Shown here: piece by piece, positions 39,679 through 54,047 of the stretch | Layout: the number at the start of each line of letters is the position of its first letter | Numbering within the stretch: the stretch's first letter is position 1 | Source of the DNA: Lama guanicoe | Lineage: Eukaryota | Length of the DNA stretch: 64,000 nt | Assembly: GCA_013239625.1 (NCBI GenBank) | Contig: MU053881.1 | Location: forward strand, 11,336,873 to 11,400,872 | Direction: 5' to 3' | Made by a program: the position numbers and the translations under genes | Notes under the pieces: generated by a model | Database searches by the model: none | The model's input: only the letters and a program-made list of their open reading frames with translations | Told to the model about the DNA's origin: nothing

Positions 39679-40364
39679 TCTATGGGTTTCTTATAATCAT
39701 ATATTAACCTCTTAATAAACCAGTGGTGTGCTTATTCTCTACACATTTTTAACATGTTCCAAATAGTTAACCTAATAATAAAACGTGGGTGTAAAGTATT
39801 TAGAATGATGTAGGGAAATGATACAGGAACTAATCTCTTTCAACTCACATCTGTCTAGACGTAATTCCAATTTACTTTGTTAGAGCTCAGCATAATCTGA
39901 GGTTGGCAAGTTTATTAAACTACTTGTATACTTGTAAATTATAAAGAAACATTTAAGGATAAGCTTTCTATTCATATTACTGCCATGGGAATAAATGTAA
40001 AAAGGAAAACAAAGAAAGGCTTAATTTTCAGATATATAGGTTCATTGAGTTGTTTCCTAACAGAATATACATTTTTTAAATGAAAAATGATAAGGATACC
40101 ATCTGTCAAATTGGCCTTGAAAAGTATTTTTCAAGAGTCACTAGCCAGCATAAATTCTGATTCAGCGCTAAGATTTACATTTCCTCTATGTATATTTTAT
40201 ATGTCTGATATTACAATACTAATCAGAACAAAAATTATGTATTAGTATCCACTGTATATAAAAAAAATCTATGTCAAAAAATCCCTGAGTAATACATATC
40301 TACACTTTGTATTTGGGAACTTTATAGCTTTAGAGAACTGAGAGATTAAGTCAGACACATATGA

Positions 40365-40590
40365 ACCTAGTGCTGTGGTTAGGAGGCCAACACAGGAATT
40401 ATACATTCTGAAGTCAAATCTTGAGACTATCTCTTATTAACTGTATGATTTTGCACAATGTAAACTCTTCGAGCTTCAGCTTCTCTATCTATTGATGGGA
40501 TATTCAAATGAATGAATAAATGAAATAATGTAAGTTGCTTAGTGTATTTCTAAGCAAAAAATGAGAACTTGATAAAAGCCAATTTTTTTA
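40365..40590 (+). mobile_element. MIR SINE
   Basis: GTCAAATCTTG...TTATTAACTGTATGATTTTGCACAA...GAGCTTCAGCTTCTCTATCTA. Confidence 0.55.
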
Positions 40591-41974
40591 CTTTTTGTGT
40601 AAATTCAAGGCAAATTAAAACTGTAAATACACATACATGATATGGAAACTGAAATTAATGGTAAGATTATCAAGGAATGAATCTAGCTCATAAAGTCCTC
40701 TTTATAGGCTATTAGGAAATACAAGTATCTTCCAGCAATAATATAAACTCATCATTTCCCATAAAAATTTCCAGAGAAGGCAAGTTTAAAAAAGGCAAAA
40801 GGAAAAGGACAACTACCTGTTGCTTATGAGAACTCAGCAGTTTTTATAAGCCTTTTGTACTACTGATAATGCTTATCATGATAAATAACAAAAATGTATT
40901 TTCCAGAAAGATATTTAAGTATGAGATGTTAATTAAATGTTATTTTAGGTGTTATTTGACTTAGTATTTTTTGCAATAACCTTGGATTATACAAAATGAA
41001 ATATACTAAGACTTTAAGATTTAGATAAGGTAGTTAAATTACGGGCTGGTTTATTTTTTAATTCAACTGCCACTTTAAAAGCCATTCATATATTCAATTT
41101 ATTTCTTCTGAAAAATATTCAAGCAATTTTTAATTAAACTATACTGCTTTTCATATGCCAGGTCAATTCCCTTCTGTCCTGTATGAATGGTCACTGGCTG
41201 TTTAATAACAGCATTAGAAATGAATGTGGACAGCTTTATTCCTGGTCTGTAATCATTATTAAAGTATTTACTACTAAGTATAAAGATTAGGTTTCTAATA
41301 ACATCATTCATCAGTCTAAACTACACAACACTCTTCAATTTGTCATTATCACCTACTTAAAGAGCTCCTATTTCTGCATAAATTAACATTTACTCAATGC
41401 TAAAGTTGAAATATTTATCACAGATATTACCATAGAGAATTTTTTTTTACCTAATTTTATTTTTTCTATCTAATCTTTACTCCATTTATCTTGACAAGAT
41501 AGATAAAATATATTTTGGTCTCCAGCAGAGTAGTCTAAGTAAGGAAGACTGTGTAACATTGATTTTGTGTTTCTAGATAGGAAAAATTTTATCACAAGTA
41601 ACTTGACTACGTGGGAAAATTTCCATCCAAGTTATAGTCCTTTTGCAATCCACTTTCCAGTCAAGTTACTACACAATTTTAACCCCACCAATGTACAATG
41701 TGCCACAGCAGGACAGATCTTATCACAGCTCTCTGATACACCTTCACACACATTAGCTCTCTTCTATCAAACAGGAATATATCCAAGATTTGTGTAGGTT
41801 TTATTCAACTTCTGGAAATGACTACTTTATCAGGTTAAAGAGCAGACATGTTAATCCTTTGTGTCATTCAATTTATCTACCTCCTCTCTTCTTTGAACTT
41901 AATTTTTTATAATAGATGTTAATTTATTTTTATCATTCATTCACCAAAAATACTCCATGTGCTTACCCTACTAG

Positions 41975-42260
41975 AAAAGAGTGCAATGTGATGAAGCACT
42001 CAAACTTCAACATTAGATAGACCCAAGTTCAACCACAAGTTCTGCTACGTGGAACTGTTTCACCTTAGGCATTTCATTTCTCTAAATACCAGTTTTCTCT
42101 TCTGGTAAAGTATTATAAATACAAAGGAAACTTTAGCCATATTATATATTTGTGTTGCAGGTCATTTAAAGGATCATTAAGAGAAATAAATGAAGTAACT
42201 TGTACTGAGTGCTAGGAAAGTATGTGACAGAGAATGAGCTTTTACTAAATGCCATTGCCA
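41975..42260 (+). mobile_element. MIR SINE
   Basis: AGATAGACCCAAGTTCAA...TTCTGCTAC...ACCTTAGGCA...CTCTAAATACCAGTTTTCTC. Confidence 0.55.
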
Positions 42261-43444
42261 CTGTTACTTCTACTGCTGCTGCTAATACTGCTTTTTCTAC
42301 AGCTTTAAATCTATCATTGAGTCAAAGGCCAATTCTTATTATGTAAGATTAAGAACAATCTACCTTATATGGAGTGCCCCCCACGCTGCAATCAAGTTCT
42401 CCTTTTGTGCCTCTCACAATAGCATTCTCATTTTTGTACCCACTCATTCCCCATGCTTTTTCTCAACTTGTCATGTTTTCCTACCACTTTTTGTTAATGA
42501 AATTAAGTCAAAGAAACAGAAAGAACAGAAGATTCCATGGAGGATACTCTCCTTGGTAAGACATGGATTCATAAGGGATTTACATGGGATAGAGCAGACC
42601 ATAATTTAGAGATGATAACAGAGTCTCTACCAATGCACAAAATTGCAGGTGTTTGAGGTCTTGACTAAGTTCATGGCAATCAAAGTGGAAAGATAAAGAA
42701 TCTAAGAGTCATTGCTAGTAAAGAATTAATAAAATTAGAGATTTATTATATACATTTATTTCACAGTTTAAAGCAACATAAGCACGAAGTACATAAGAGT
42801 AAGCAAAGATAATGATCAACTAAGAAACATCTCTGTCTTCTATGTATGCTGGTTTTAAAACCCTAGGAAGTGAGTGAGTCTGTGTGTGTGTGTGTGTGTA
42901 TATGTCTGTTGATGGAGAAAAAAGGAGCATGCCAAATGTATACATTTGTACAGTAATTCAGAAGAACCAAGAGAACAGAACCTGTGTTGCTGATGAATCC
43001 ACATCATTTCCAACAACAATTTACTAGGTTCTTATTATGTACCAGACACTGATACTGACTGACTGTACAACAGAAAACAGATAAAATATGTGACTGACTT
43101 CACTGTCCTTATATTCTGCAAGAGGAGGCATCTGAGGAAGATAAGCCAATAACCAAGTAATATAAACTTACCTAGGAGTATTTATTGCATGTGGATATTA
43201 TTATAGATTGAATCTGATAGCAAAGAACAGTCTGTGCATGTCTGCTGCAAATGTGTAAACAGACGTTCAGTGGATGCCTGTAATATACTACCAGTGATTA
43301 TCAAGTTTAATCTGAAACTCAGGCTACACAGTTTCACAAACTACTGCACCACATGCAAGACAACTGAAATAATATCACAATTATTACTATTAAAAGTAGT
43401 AGTGATAGGAGCAACAACAGTAAAATGGGTGTTTTTAGGTTCAA

Positions 43445-43600
43445 AAGAATAAGAATAATGAACACTTATTAACATCAACTTTTATCATTAAGTGCCAGGT
43501 ATGTTCTAGGCACCATACATTTATTGCCTCACTTAGTCTTTAAAATAGCCCTGTAAGTTGCATAATATCATTCTTCATATACTAAAAAAGAGGTGATTAT
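43445..43600 (-). mobile_element. MIR fragment
   Basis: AACACTTATTAACA...GTGCCAGGTATGTTCTAGGCAC...TTATTGCCTCACTTAGTCTTTAAAATAGCCCTGTAAG. Confidence 0.6.
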
Positions 43601-46600
43601 ATTCAATGATCTATCATTTTGGACAAAACTTCTGAGGTCAATGTCTTGTTTTTCTTATTTTTTCCAAATAATGAATAATTAATGATTATCCAGAGGAAAG
43701 AAATTATTAAATATTTTCAGATTGTGACCCTATTTCAAAATATACTAGTTTTTATAATGTATTTTGACAGTAGATTATTAAATCCATATGAGAAAAGATG
43801 GTGTCTTATTCTCTTTGATTCTATGTAACAGCCAGTTTAATTTCTGACACATACAGGTGTTTGAGGTGGTTTTCACTTTGGTTTTCTAGTATCTTCCCTA
43901 CTCACCGCTACACACTTTCTATAACCATACGTCTCTCTCAGAGATTTCCAATCATACAGGCTTGTTGGGAGGAAGTTAAATCCCACCAACAGAAAAAAAC
44001 AACAAAACCAGATCCTCCTTCTCCCCCATGCATTAAGGCAACAAACTTACACCTCAAGTTCAGTCAGACATACTCCTCCTTGAGAAATCCTGAGACAGTA
44101 ACATAATCTTGAGACTGAAAATTTGAAAGCAGGATGTAAAGACATGAGGCCACATTCACTCTAACAACAGACGGCTTCTGGAGGACTACACTCCCTGGGA
44201 AACGAGTTCTACTCTGCTTCTTTCTGTATTTTCTACTAGTCTCTCAGTTAGCCTCCGTCCCTAGGCCTGATGATGAGGAAATTAGATTAAATCCAGCTGG
44301 ACCCATTATGGAACAATCGGTCCCATTACAATTTGACCCCATAACAAAGGAAACATGGATTAATTGATAACACTGCCATGGATTCATCCTTCAAGTGGCT
44401 ACATATTGTATCAACTTCCCATTCATATTCAAGATAAGGGATGTTTCATGGCATAAAGACAATCTTCCTCTTAACATTATTTAGGATAAAATTATTATAT
44501 TACTTTCCAGGTACTGTTGATGTTTGGTGTTTGACTGCCACACTCTTTTTTCGGGTTATAAATCAGAAAACAAACAGAAATCAGAAAAGAATTCTTTAAA
44601 ATATGCATCTAAAACAATAATAGTTCTTTTATACTAGCATCCCTAATGTCACCATTCTTCTCCAGTATGCACTTAGCTTCCAAATATCAGAGCTATTCAG
44701 ATAAGCTATAACTTAAAAAAAAAAAGTAGTATACATCATTGATCTTCTCAAATTCTATATTTGGAAATCTATTATGTCAATATTTTAAGTTGCCTTCTTG
44801 TATCTTCCTATTACTGTTCCATAGCTCTTTCACAGCATTTGTTTTACTAATTTTTATTACAGTTTGGTTATGCATTAATCCACTTTTCCCATACTGTCAA
44901 AATTTTTGCATTTCAGTTCACATTAGGCAAGTGCTAAGACCAGGTGAGAATCAATACCTAACATATTTCTGAATGTATTCCTCAGCATTTTTATCTTGAA
45001 TTAAAACAACTTGAAGTGTTCACAGTACCACCTTTAATCAAGTGTAACCATAAACTACAAAGAATTGAAAATGAAATGAGTATAAGGCATTTCACACTCC
45101 AAGCAGTCAGATGATAATAAGTTTCCACCTGTTAACATATTAATAACAGTGTTAAAGAGCACAATGTGCCCGAGGTGTTACAAGTCTGTGCAATTTTACA
45201 TGTGTCAAGAAATGGTTTGCTTGTTAGCAACTGGTGAGAGTATCAAAGCAAAGTGAATTCCATGGGGAAACTGATTGCGTAATAAGGAAAAGGGGAAATC
45301 TTCATTTCTTGAGTCATTTAAAATAACCCGTGAAAAGCACTGGATAATACGGCAAGAAGGATTGGCCTCTGGAGGGTATTAGGTGACCTATAGTAATAGA
45401 TCATTTCCATCCCTAATGTCTGTGATTAATATGTCACAATTTTGAATGTGCACACAGGAAGAAGAGACACTGAATACTAACACAAAGAGACGAGCCACAG
45501 AGCAGAGGAGAAGGGGCGTCCAGGCCTAGTGACTGAGGCACCAAGGCTACACAGAGCATATGAGAGAACATCGCTTCATATTCATCACTTAGATTATGTT
45601 TTTAAGATTACTTTACTCTCTTCTTATAAGTGTTCCTAGATAGCTTTAAACATGTTTTAGCACTAAGCTAAAAATCTGACTATGAAATAATAAAGCAGGC
45701 CAAACAGAGCATGATATTTTTTACCTACAATTTTAAAAATAATACTAAAGGCCAAAGCTAAAATAGAAGTGCAAAAATATTTCCATTAAGCTATTTTACT
45801 GTTGGAAAATTGAAAACAAATGTTCATGAAGTGGGAAAGTTCTCCATTATTGTGCAGAACAAGTATTCCTCTTTATCTGCTTTTCTACATTTAATGACTT
45901 TGAAATTCTACTTTTAAAAAATCATAATTGTGTTCAGCATGTTGTCAAAGATTTCAGTTCCCATAATCTGCCAACGTGTTTGCTTGACTGTATCACACAT
46001 TTTTTTTCCTTCAATGGCCCAGCCTCAGGAATAATACCAATTCCAAATAGCCTTCATTTAAAAATTGCTTATCTACTGGTTGATGACCCAATGACTAGTC
46101 ATTTGAGCTATTATTTATTTCTAATCAATATAAAATATCACATTTCATGGTGAAGTGGAGCTAGATAATACATTGTGGGTCATGCTTTTTCTTTTTTAAC
46201 ATTTTTTTCTTCCAGAATAATATGAAAATTGTGTAAAATCACAGTAGAACTAAAATCATGTAATAAGAAGGCAAACTAACACAGTTAAGCAGTAAAGAAA
46301 TTGTTATTAAAAATAGTCATCGTCTCCCTAAGAGCAGAAAGGTGCCTTGAACCAACCTCCTACTGTGAAACAAGACTGAATCCATGCTCTTCTGAACCAG
46401 TATTAGTTAATTCCAAGAGCCCACTGGGAAAACCACACAGTACCCAGATAACCAAGGAAGCTGTGAAATAGTCATTACATTAACCACATCTAGGGAAGGT
46501 CCATGGAGAGGCATTTTGATTATTTATTTACCACACCAGGTTTCACAATTTAGATTCAGAAGAATCAATAGAAGCAAGGTGGTAGGATGCTCACCACAGA

Positions 46601-47639
46601 ATAGTGAAAATGTGTAGTTTGTGTTTCCTACTGAGCAAAAAGAGGAAATACGTTCCTTAAGCAACTATAAAGAGCATTCACACAAAGCCACCTGTAGAAA
46701 GTGGATACATGATATATACATGAATATATATACACGAATGATTTACATAGGTACATACATACACATATATATGTATATATCTCCATATCTATTCATGAAT
46801 GATTGAGTTATCCTAGCCAGGTTAATAAGAACCACACAATAACTGGGCAAATCGAAGGATACTAAAAGCTCAGGCTCATAAAGAGAGCTGTGCCTAAATT
46901 AATTTTTAAAATTATTAGCCTTTTCAAATGCTGTTCTACTAGATAGGGTGGAGTAGCACTATCAGAAAGCAAAACCTGTCCCATATGCAAATATGTATGA
47001 GAAGTTCTGTGTGTGTTCTTTCTTTTAAAATCATACAGTGGTATCGATTACCACACTAAAGGCTCAAGACTCAAGGGATTTAACGTAAGTGGGCATGGGT
47101 CCCTATTTTTGGAGCATGCCTATTACTATCTCTTGCAAGAATATTTCTTTGAACAAGTCTGAAGAGCTCAGCCTTATCAGTTACGGAGTTGAAGATGCTT
47201 TCACAAAGGAAAATCTGTAATTTATCATAGCTACAAGTAGAAGCAATAGCTCACAATTTGAGTAAAAAAAATTATAAAGTGTTTGAAATATGTTTTTCCT
47301 TTAAAGAGTTGTTATTATTCCTGAAAGAAGTCCAATATAAAACCCTTTAACTTATCCTACAAAAAGCTTATACTACATAAACTACCATATCTCATTAAAA
47401 TGTTGGCAAAATATATGTCATTGCTTTATTTTTTGCCTTATTATATCAAGCTGAAAACTATTATCAAAAGATTGCATAGGATAGATTAAATATATCATTC
47501 AAAGCATTTGAAACTTTAAAAAAAAGATTTAAATCAATTTATCTCCTGAGATTTTCTTCCTAGATAAACAGCCTTTGGCAAAGATAATTTTAAACAATTG
47601 CAGTGTTTGTAGTTATTGCAAACACATTTTACCTAAACC

Positions 47640-48254
47640 AGAGTAATAACTCGTAACTGGTGTCTGCAATTTGCTCTCCATACAAAACCAAAATGCATTT
47701 GAAATGTCACTCAGATCATAATATTCCCTTCCCATTACATGAAGGCTACAATTCCAACTCCATGTCACGAAAAGGCCCTTAGCAAACTGGTCCTTGTCTA
47801 CTTATTGAGAATTTATCCTATCATTCTCTACCTTGCTTTTTAGGATTCAACAATACTGGCCTTGTAATATGTTCTCAGAATTGCCTGGCTTAATCCTACC
47901 TTAGGGCTCTTGCCTTCACTGATCAATGTGCCTGGAAAGTTCTTTCTCCAGATCTTGATATGGCCAATTTCTAGTACATGATTCAACTCATGCAACTGTC
48001 CTATCTCGAAGAGGGCTTTATTAACCACAATATCTGAATAAGTACACCCACAGGCACTGTCACCTCACATAATTTTATCTTTATCATAACAGCTTATTAT
48101 TATCTGAAACAATCTTATTATTTTTTTCTCGCTCCATCAGAATATAAACTCTGGTAAGAAAAACTTCTCTGACTTCTTCACAACTTTATCTCCAATGCCT
48201 AGAAAATCACCTAAACTATAAAGTATACTCAGTAAATATTTGGGGAATTAATGA
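47640..48254 (+). mobile_element. LINE-2 (L2a-like) 3' end
   Basis: CCTACCTTAGGGCTCTTGC...TGCCTGGAAAGTTCTTTCTCCAGAT, AGAATATAAACTC, TATCTCCAATGCCTAGAA and ACTCAGTAAATATTTG...AATGA. Confidence 0.85.
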
Positions 48255-51200
48255 CAATCACCTGGGTTAATATATCATGAAGACATAAATTTGGATTAAT
48301 TTTTTAATTCCTAGAATGCAGGTAATTAGACAGCAATCTACAGTAAATGCCTTTTTATTGATATCATATCCCTAAGACATATAATTACCTTGAAAAATGT
48401 AATTTTATTCTTTGTTTTAATTATGTAAGTCTTTTCCTCAGAAAAGTTCATATAATTTGAGGGCCATGATAAAAGTCCACTTTTTTCTTAATCAGTTTTA
48501 TTTGCAAGTGTTATTTTTTTGTTAATGAAATATAAGTCAGTAGGTGAAGGATGCAGTCTTAAGACCAATGATTAAGAAATCAAAATTTGTGTTCTAGAAA
48601 TGTATTAGAACAGACTAGATGGATACATATTAATTATATGCAAATAAGAGAGTAGACCTGCTTGATTCATAGGAAGAAATTAAGTCATGTCCATGGTGGT
48701 CTGGCAAATCCTCACTGCATAGCATTGCCAACAATGCTTTGTATTTTAAATATTTTGCTAATTTAGAATTCCAAACTGACCTCTGCATGTCAAATTCTAA
48801 TTATATAATAGTTCCTCCTTAATCTGGAATGTAGCTGTTTCGTACTAGTGCCAGCCACTGGAACATTCTGTGTGGTGTGACAGCCTAATTTTCAAGACAA
48901 GGGAGTTGTGGGTAGTGATAGGAATAAGCAAAAAAGTCATTAACACGATTCTTAAACATGTTAAAATTTCAGGTGTCATAAATAAACTTTTTGTTATGAC
49001 TTTCAGGACATTATAAGCAAATTACTATAGAAATCTTTTTTATTTGATGTTCCTCCTATGTTAGCTAACATGCGTGTTTCAAAATAATTATCACCAAATT
49101 ATTTCGAAAGGGAAGAAATAGTATTTCGTGAGGGAACTTAGATTTTAGAAAACTCCTTATATTACTTTGGTGAGTGACTGCAGTATCATGAATTCCAATA
49201 GATTTGTTCACTCCTCCTCAAATAACTAACGACTGTGCTACACCATAAATGATCCTTTTATGAAACTTAGGCCACCTGTGAGTGGTCATCATAAAATCGT
49301 TTGATGCTGTCACCCATCATATTTTTGATAAACTTATAATAGATCAAGTTAACTAGGTCTGATATTTTCTACCACATCTTCAAAAAAAAGATGCTTTCAT
49401 CTAAGAATTGGGTATTGATCCTCCTTTAAATACAGACAAATGACTTGTGTAGCCACTGTACAGTCGTAGTATACACATTTCTCGAGCTCAGGCAAAAATA
49501 AAACTGTACCTGAAATTTTTCAGTGAATAATGTTAATTTTATTAATGTTAACACTAATCTATTTTTACAATGGTTTGGGACATAAAAACATACTGTAAAG
49601 TGTAGTATCAGTAAGTGTCAACTGCCACTAGTGTTTTAAAAGTTCATTTAAAAAATTTTAATAGAAATACCCTTTTAGAATATTAGGTACAGTTTATTTT
49701 AAACTTACCAATTTTTAAAACCAAAACACAATTTACTCGTAAACACTCTCTTTGAAGACAATGCAATTTCTTAAATCTAATTAAAGAAATCATGTAAATA
49801 TATAGAATTAAGTCTAAATCATATTTCAGTTTCTGTCTTTCTTTTCCCCAGATGATACAAATTTAACTCAAGCTCTGTTTCCATTAAGATGCAAAAGTGT
49901 GTGTTCAAATATATCTTCTATGAGGCATAAAATCTCAAAATCAAAGTAACAAGCTTTGAACATTCCTTATTTCTCTTGTATCTGGTGCTTACAGCAGGAG
50001 AGTAGGTAATTTTTTTAAATTAAGAGAAGGCAACTTTTGACAAAGTACCTTTTACACAAGTAATTTATCAAGCACTCTGACTGTGAAATGGAGCTGACTT
50101 CATTTCTGACCACCTATAGATTACCCCCTTTCCAAACTTTCCCAGAGTTCAAGCTATTTTTAAAAACTTATTTTGTAAAATAACATAATAAAAGAAAGTT
50201 TAAAAAATATAAATGATCACTTTAATGCACTACTATAAAGAGATTGGCCATGTAATGATCACAGCAAAGATGCCTCCAGTCCAGAAGTGCTTTGCCTTCC
50301 CTATTCCATTTCTTCCCAATACAGATACCTTTATATTATGCTTTTAATTTTATTTTCTTTCTGCTCCTTTTAGACTTTTACTGGCTGGGTAAGCATATTT
50401 AAAACACAATTGTTTACCTTTGTTTTCAACTCCATCGTTTTTTAAGATTTATTTCTATGTCACATGGAGCTGTAATTCATCCGTTTCACTACAATAGGGT
50501 AACATAGTCTTTTAGTCAGGAATTCTGCTAAAATATTTTATTAATTTTAATAACACACTTATATATTTTTCAATTTTCTAGTATACATTCATTTCAGCTG
50601 CTTAAAGGGAAGTTGGTATATTCTTTTTAGATTCTTTAAATTTTATGTCTTTTTCTTGCCTCACTGCTCCAAGATTTTCAGAACAAAATTAAACAGCATT
50701 GGAGATACTGCAAATGTACCTCTTGAGCCTGTTCTTGAAAGGAAAGACCTTAATGTTTTTGAGAGATTAAGCACTAAGTATGGTGTCTTCTGTGGAGTTT
50801 TGGTACGTATCTTTGTTATTTTTTAAAGATCAAGAAAGCGCCTTTCTTTTTCTACTTGCAAATGGATTCTGAATTTATTCAATCTTTTCTTTATCTATTG
50901 AGATAGTCAGTTTTCTTTATTTTGTAATGTGGCAAATTATACTTTTTGATTTTTCAAATGCTAAATGAACCATAAATTTCTGAAATAAGCCGAAATATGA
51001 GCATATTTTTATTTGTTTCATAGATAAGGCTTTTTCAATTTTGCATAATGGTTTTGAATTTGTGACTAAGAGTATGCAAAAATAGTCCTTTCCTAACCAC
51101 TCCTTTACAGAATTTAGTGTCAAAGTTCTGCCAGCCTGAAAAAACATAGAAGTAACTATCCCTTTTTTTCTGTTCTTTGGAGTAGTTTGTGAAATATCAG

Positions 51201-51569
51201 TAATTTTGAAATTTCGTGCATATTTGTTAGAAACTGCTATTGAAGGCAATTGGGTTTGGGAAATAATGGCCATTTCTAATTACTGATTCAGCTTCTTTAT
51301 TAAGTAGATTAATATTCAGGTTTTCTATTTCTTTTTGTGACAATTTTTGTGTACATTCCTATAAACTGTCCATTTGATTCAAATTCTCAGTTTTGACATA
51401 AATTTTATCACTTTTTTATATTTTAAATATTTACTCTAAGGTCTCTATAGTACTTTTTTCATTCCTCGCAATAGTTATTTTTGTCTTTTTTATTTTGTTC
51501 ACTCACATCAATAATTTATCATGTCTATTAAAAATATTTGAGTGTTTTTTCTTTGTATTGCATACATAT

Positions 51570-52065
51570 GTGTGATATATGAACAAAATTGAACAAAAAG
51601 CATAACTCATCATCCAATTATACTAGGGTTAACTTGCAAACCACGACAATCGTCCACCTACACTGCACCCTCAAAGGAATTCAAAATTAAAAAAGAAAAA
51701 CAAAAAACAGGATAAGGCACTCTGTGCTTTGGATAAATAGTCCACTAGAGAGTTAGATGCATATCTCAGGAAGATTTTCAATGACCCCAGATTCTTTCAC
51801 CTTCTCACACATAGAAAAGAACTAGAATAATTAATTTAGACATCTGTTCTTTGTGATAAGCAGTAATCTTTTCACCAAGAAATATGCTTGATTACATGCA
51901 TTTTCTGGTCAAAAAATTTATATATATGCTGGCTCCTTCCCTACCTCTTGAGAACAATTTACTCATCTATTGAGTGGCTGTCTCCCAGGACACAGTCTTC
52001 TGTCAGACCCTGAAAAAAGCTTAAACTCACAGCTTTCAATTGGTACATTTTTCTTTGAGTCAACA
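51570..52065 (+). mobile_element. ERV1-type solo LTR, lineage-specific
   Basis: Starts with TG and ends AGTCAACA. TATA-like TATATATATGCTGGCTCCTTCCCTACCTCTTGAGAACA, then GAGTGGCTGTCTCCCAGG and AAACTCACAGCT. It interrupts the antisense L1. Confidence 0.7.
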
Positions 52066-53139
52066 GGTAGATACTTTTTAGATTTCTACTAACTACTACA
52101 GTTTTATTCATTTGACTAATTTCTACTGTTACTTTTATTACTTCTATTCTTTTTCTTTGGCTTTATATTGCTCGTATTCTAAGCTCTTAAAACAAATACA
52201 CAGATTAGTGATATTCAGCCTCTTTTTAAAAAATATATAAGGCTATTAATTTTCCCTAAGCAGAACTTTAACTGTATACCACAATTTCTGATAGGGTATA
52301 ATTATTATTCCATTTAAAATATTTTCTATTTTTCAATTTTGTGCTACTTTTTTTCTGGATAGGTATTTAGTAGTACATTTTTAAATTCCAAATATATGGG
52401 AATTTTCTCATTTTGTTTTTTATTTCTAGTGTAATAAGACTGTGGTCAGAGCTCACTAGATAATTTCAGCCCCTTAAAATTTACTGAGACTTACATCTAG
52501 TTCATAATGTGGCAATGTTTGTAAATATTTTATACATGCTTGGAATGTCATATATTCTGCAGTTGCTAGGTACAGTATACTAACAAGTTTATTAGATCAG
52601 TTTTGTTGATATGCTAGTCAAATATTCTATACACTTAATTAAGTTTTATCTATTTTTTCTATAACTAACACTTTTTAAAATAATACATTTTAACATCTTA
52701 TACTAGGATTGTGGATTTTTCTGTTTCCTGTTAGTTCTATTAATATTCATTTCGTATGTTTTGAGGCCATGGTGTATATAAATTTAGAACTGCTATGTCT
52801 TCTGCATGAATTAGCCTTTTATCCTTTTGATACATAGAGATAATTCTCTTCACCTCTGTAATGACTATTGCCTTAACACCTACATTTCCTGATATTGGTA
52901 TCAAGCAACATAAGCTTTCTTTTAACTTTGGTAATTATATGCCATTTCTGTTCTTTTATTTTCAAACTTCCTGTATTCTTTTTTATTATAGATGTTTCTT
53001 ATGAAAAGTTTTAAAAAGCCAAAAATGGATTTTGTTATTTTTCCAGTTTAACTATCTTTGTTTTAAACAGAAACATTTATTCTGTTTAAATTTCATGTAA
53101 TTACTGATTTCTTGTTTTTGTTTACAGCTAATATTTCGT

Positions 53140-54047
53140 TTGTTTTTGCAGCTTTGAGATATATTTGATATATAACATTGTGTAAATTTAAGGTGTACAA
53201 TGTCATGATTTGATACATTCATATATCACAAAACAATTACCACCTTAACACCTCCATAAGGTCACATAATTATCATTTCTTTATGTGGTGAAGACATTTA
53301 AGATTTACTCTCTTAGTAACTTTCAAGTATATATGTCATATTAACAATAATCATCATGCTGTTCAGTAGATCCCCAGAACTTATTCATCTGTACTCTTTG
53401 GACACCCTCTCCTCATTTCTCTCATCCACCCCACTCCCTGGTAACCATTATTATAGTCTCCATTTCTATTGTAATAGAGAAGAACAAATCTAACTCCATG
53501 TTGGATCTGTTTCTATTACTTTAAATACTCATATTCCATTGCTTTTGCTACAAGTCAATCACTAAAGGGATGCTGCCTGTAACTTAAAGTATACATAATG
53601 GCCCATCTCAGGAACTCTGCCTCCCACACAATGAGTGTTGGGCTTTGTTTAAGCTCTCAGGAAACATCCTGACCAGGCCCATCTGTGAATGGCTGCAGGA
53701 AAGAAAAAATTAACACATCCCCACAAGAGTCTGGCAAGGAAATACTTGCAACAACTTATCACTTTTTTTTTTAACTTTACCTCCTTACCTCCCCCTCTTT
53801 GTTCTGTAAAAGAAACTAGCATCCAAACCCAAGCAAGATGGTTCTTCGGGACACTAGCCTACTATCTTTGCCGTCTGCTGGCTTTCCAAATAATGTTGCT
53901 GTTCCTTGCCCCAACAACTTATCTCTTGTTTGCCTGTCATGCAGCAAGCAGTAAAACTTGGGACTTAGTTATGAGTTTGGCTTGTTTAGATTCCTCATAT
54001 AAATGATACCATACAATATTTATCTTTCTCTGTCTGACTTATTTTAT
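53140..54047 (-). mobile_element. L1MA9-like 3' end (antisense) split by an LTR
   Basis: TAACATTGTGTAAATTTAAGGTGTACAA, ACATTTAAGATTTACTCTCTTAGTAACTTTCAAGTATA, AGATCCCCAGAACTTATTCATC, CCCTGGTAACCATT...TTTCTAT, then the LTR, then GAGTTTGG...TTAGATTCCTCATATAAATGA. Confidence 0.85.
53470..53968 (+). mobile_element. MER41-like ERV1 solo LTR
   Basis: Starts TGTAATAGAG...AACTCCATGTTGGAT. 3' part CAAGATGGTTCTTCGGGACACTAG...GCTGGCTTTCCAAATAA...TTCCTTGCCCCAACA...GCCTGTCATGCAGCAAGCAG. Possible 4-bp TSD CTAT/TTAT. Confidence 0.78.

Noticed and set aside
3318..48645. Several ATGCAAAT octamer motifs
   Set aside because: Scattered rather than clustered, and plausible by chance in very AT-rich DNA.
50917..51273. 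118-aa minus-strand ORF
   Set aside because: Lies inside a decayed antisense L1 and shows no independent gene features.
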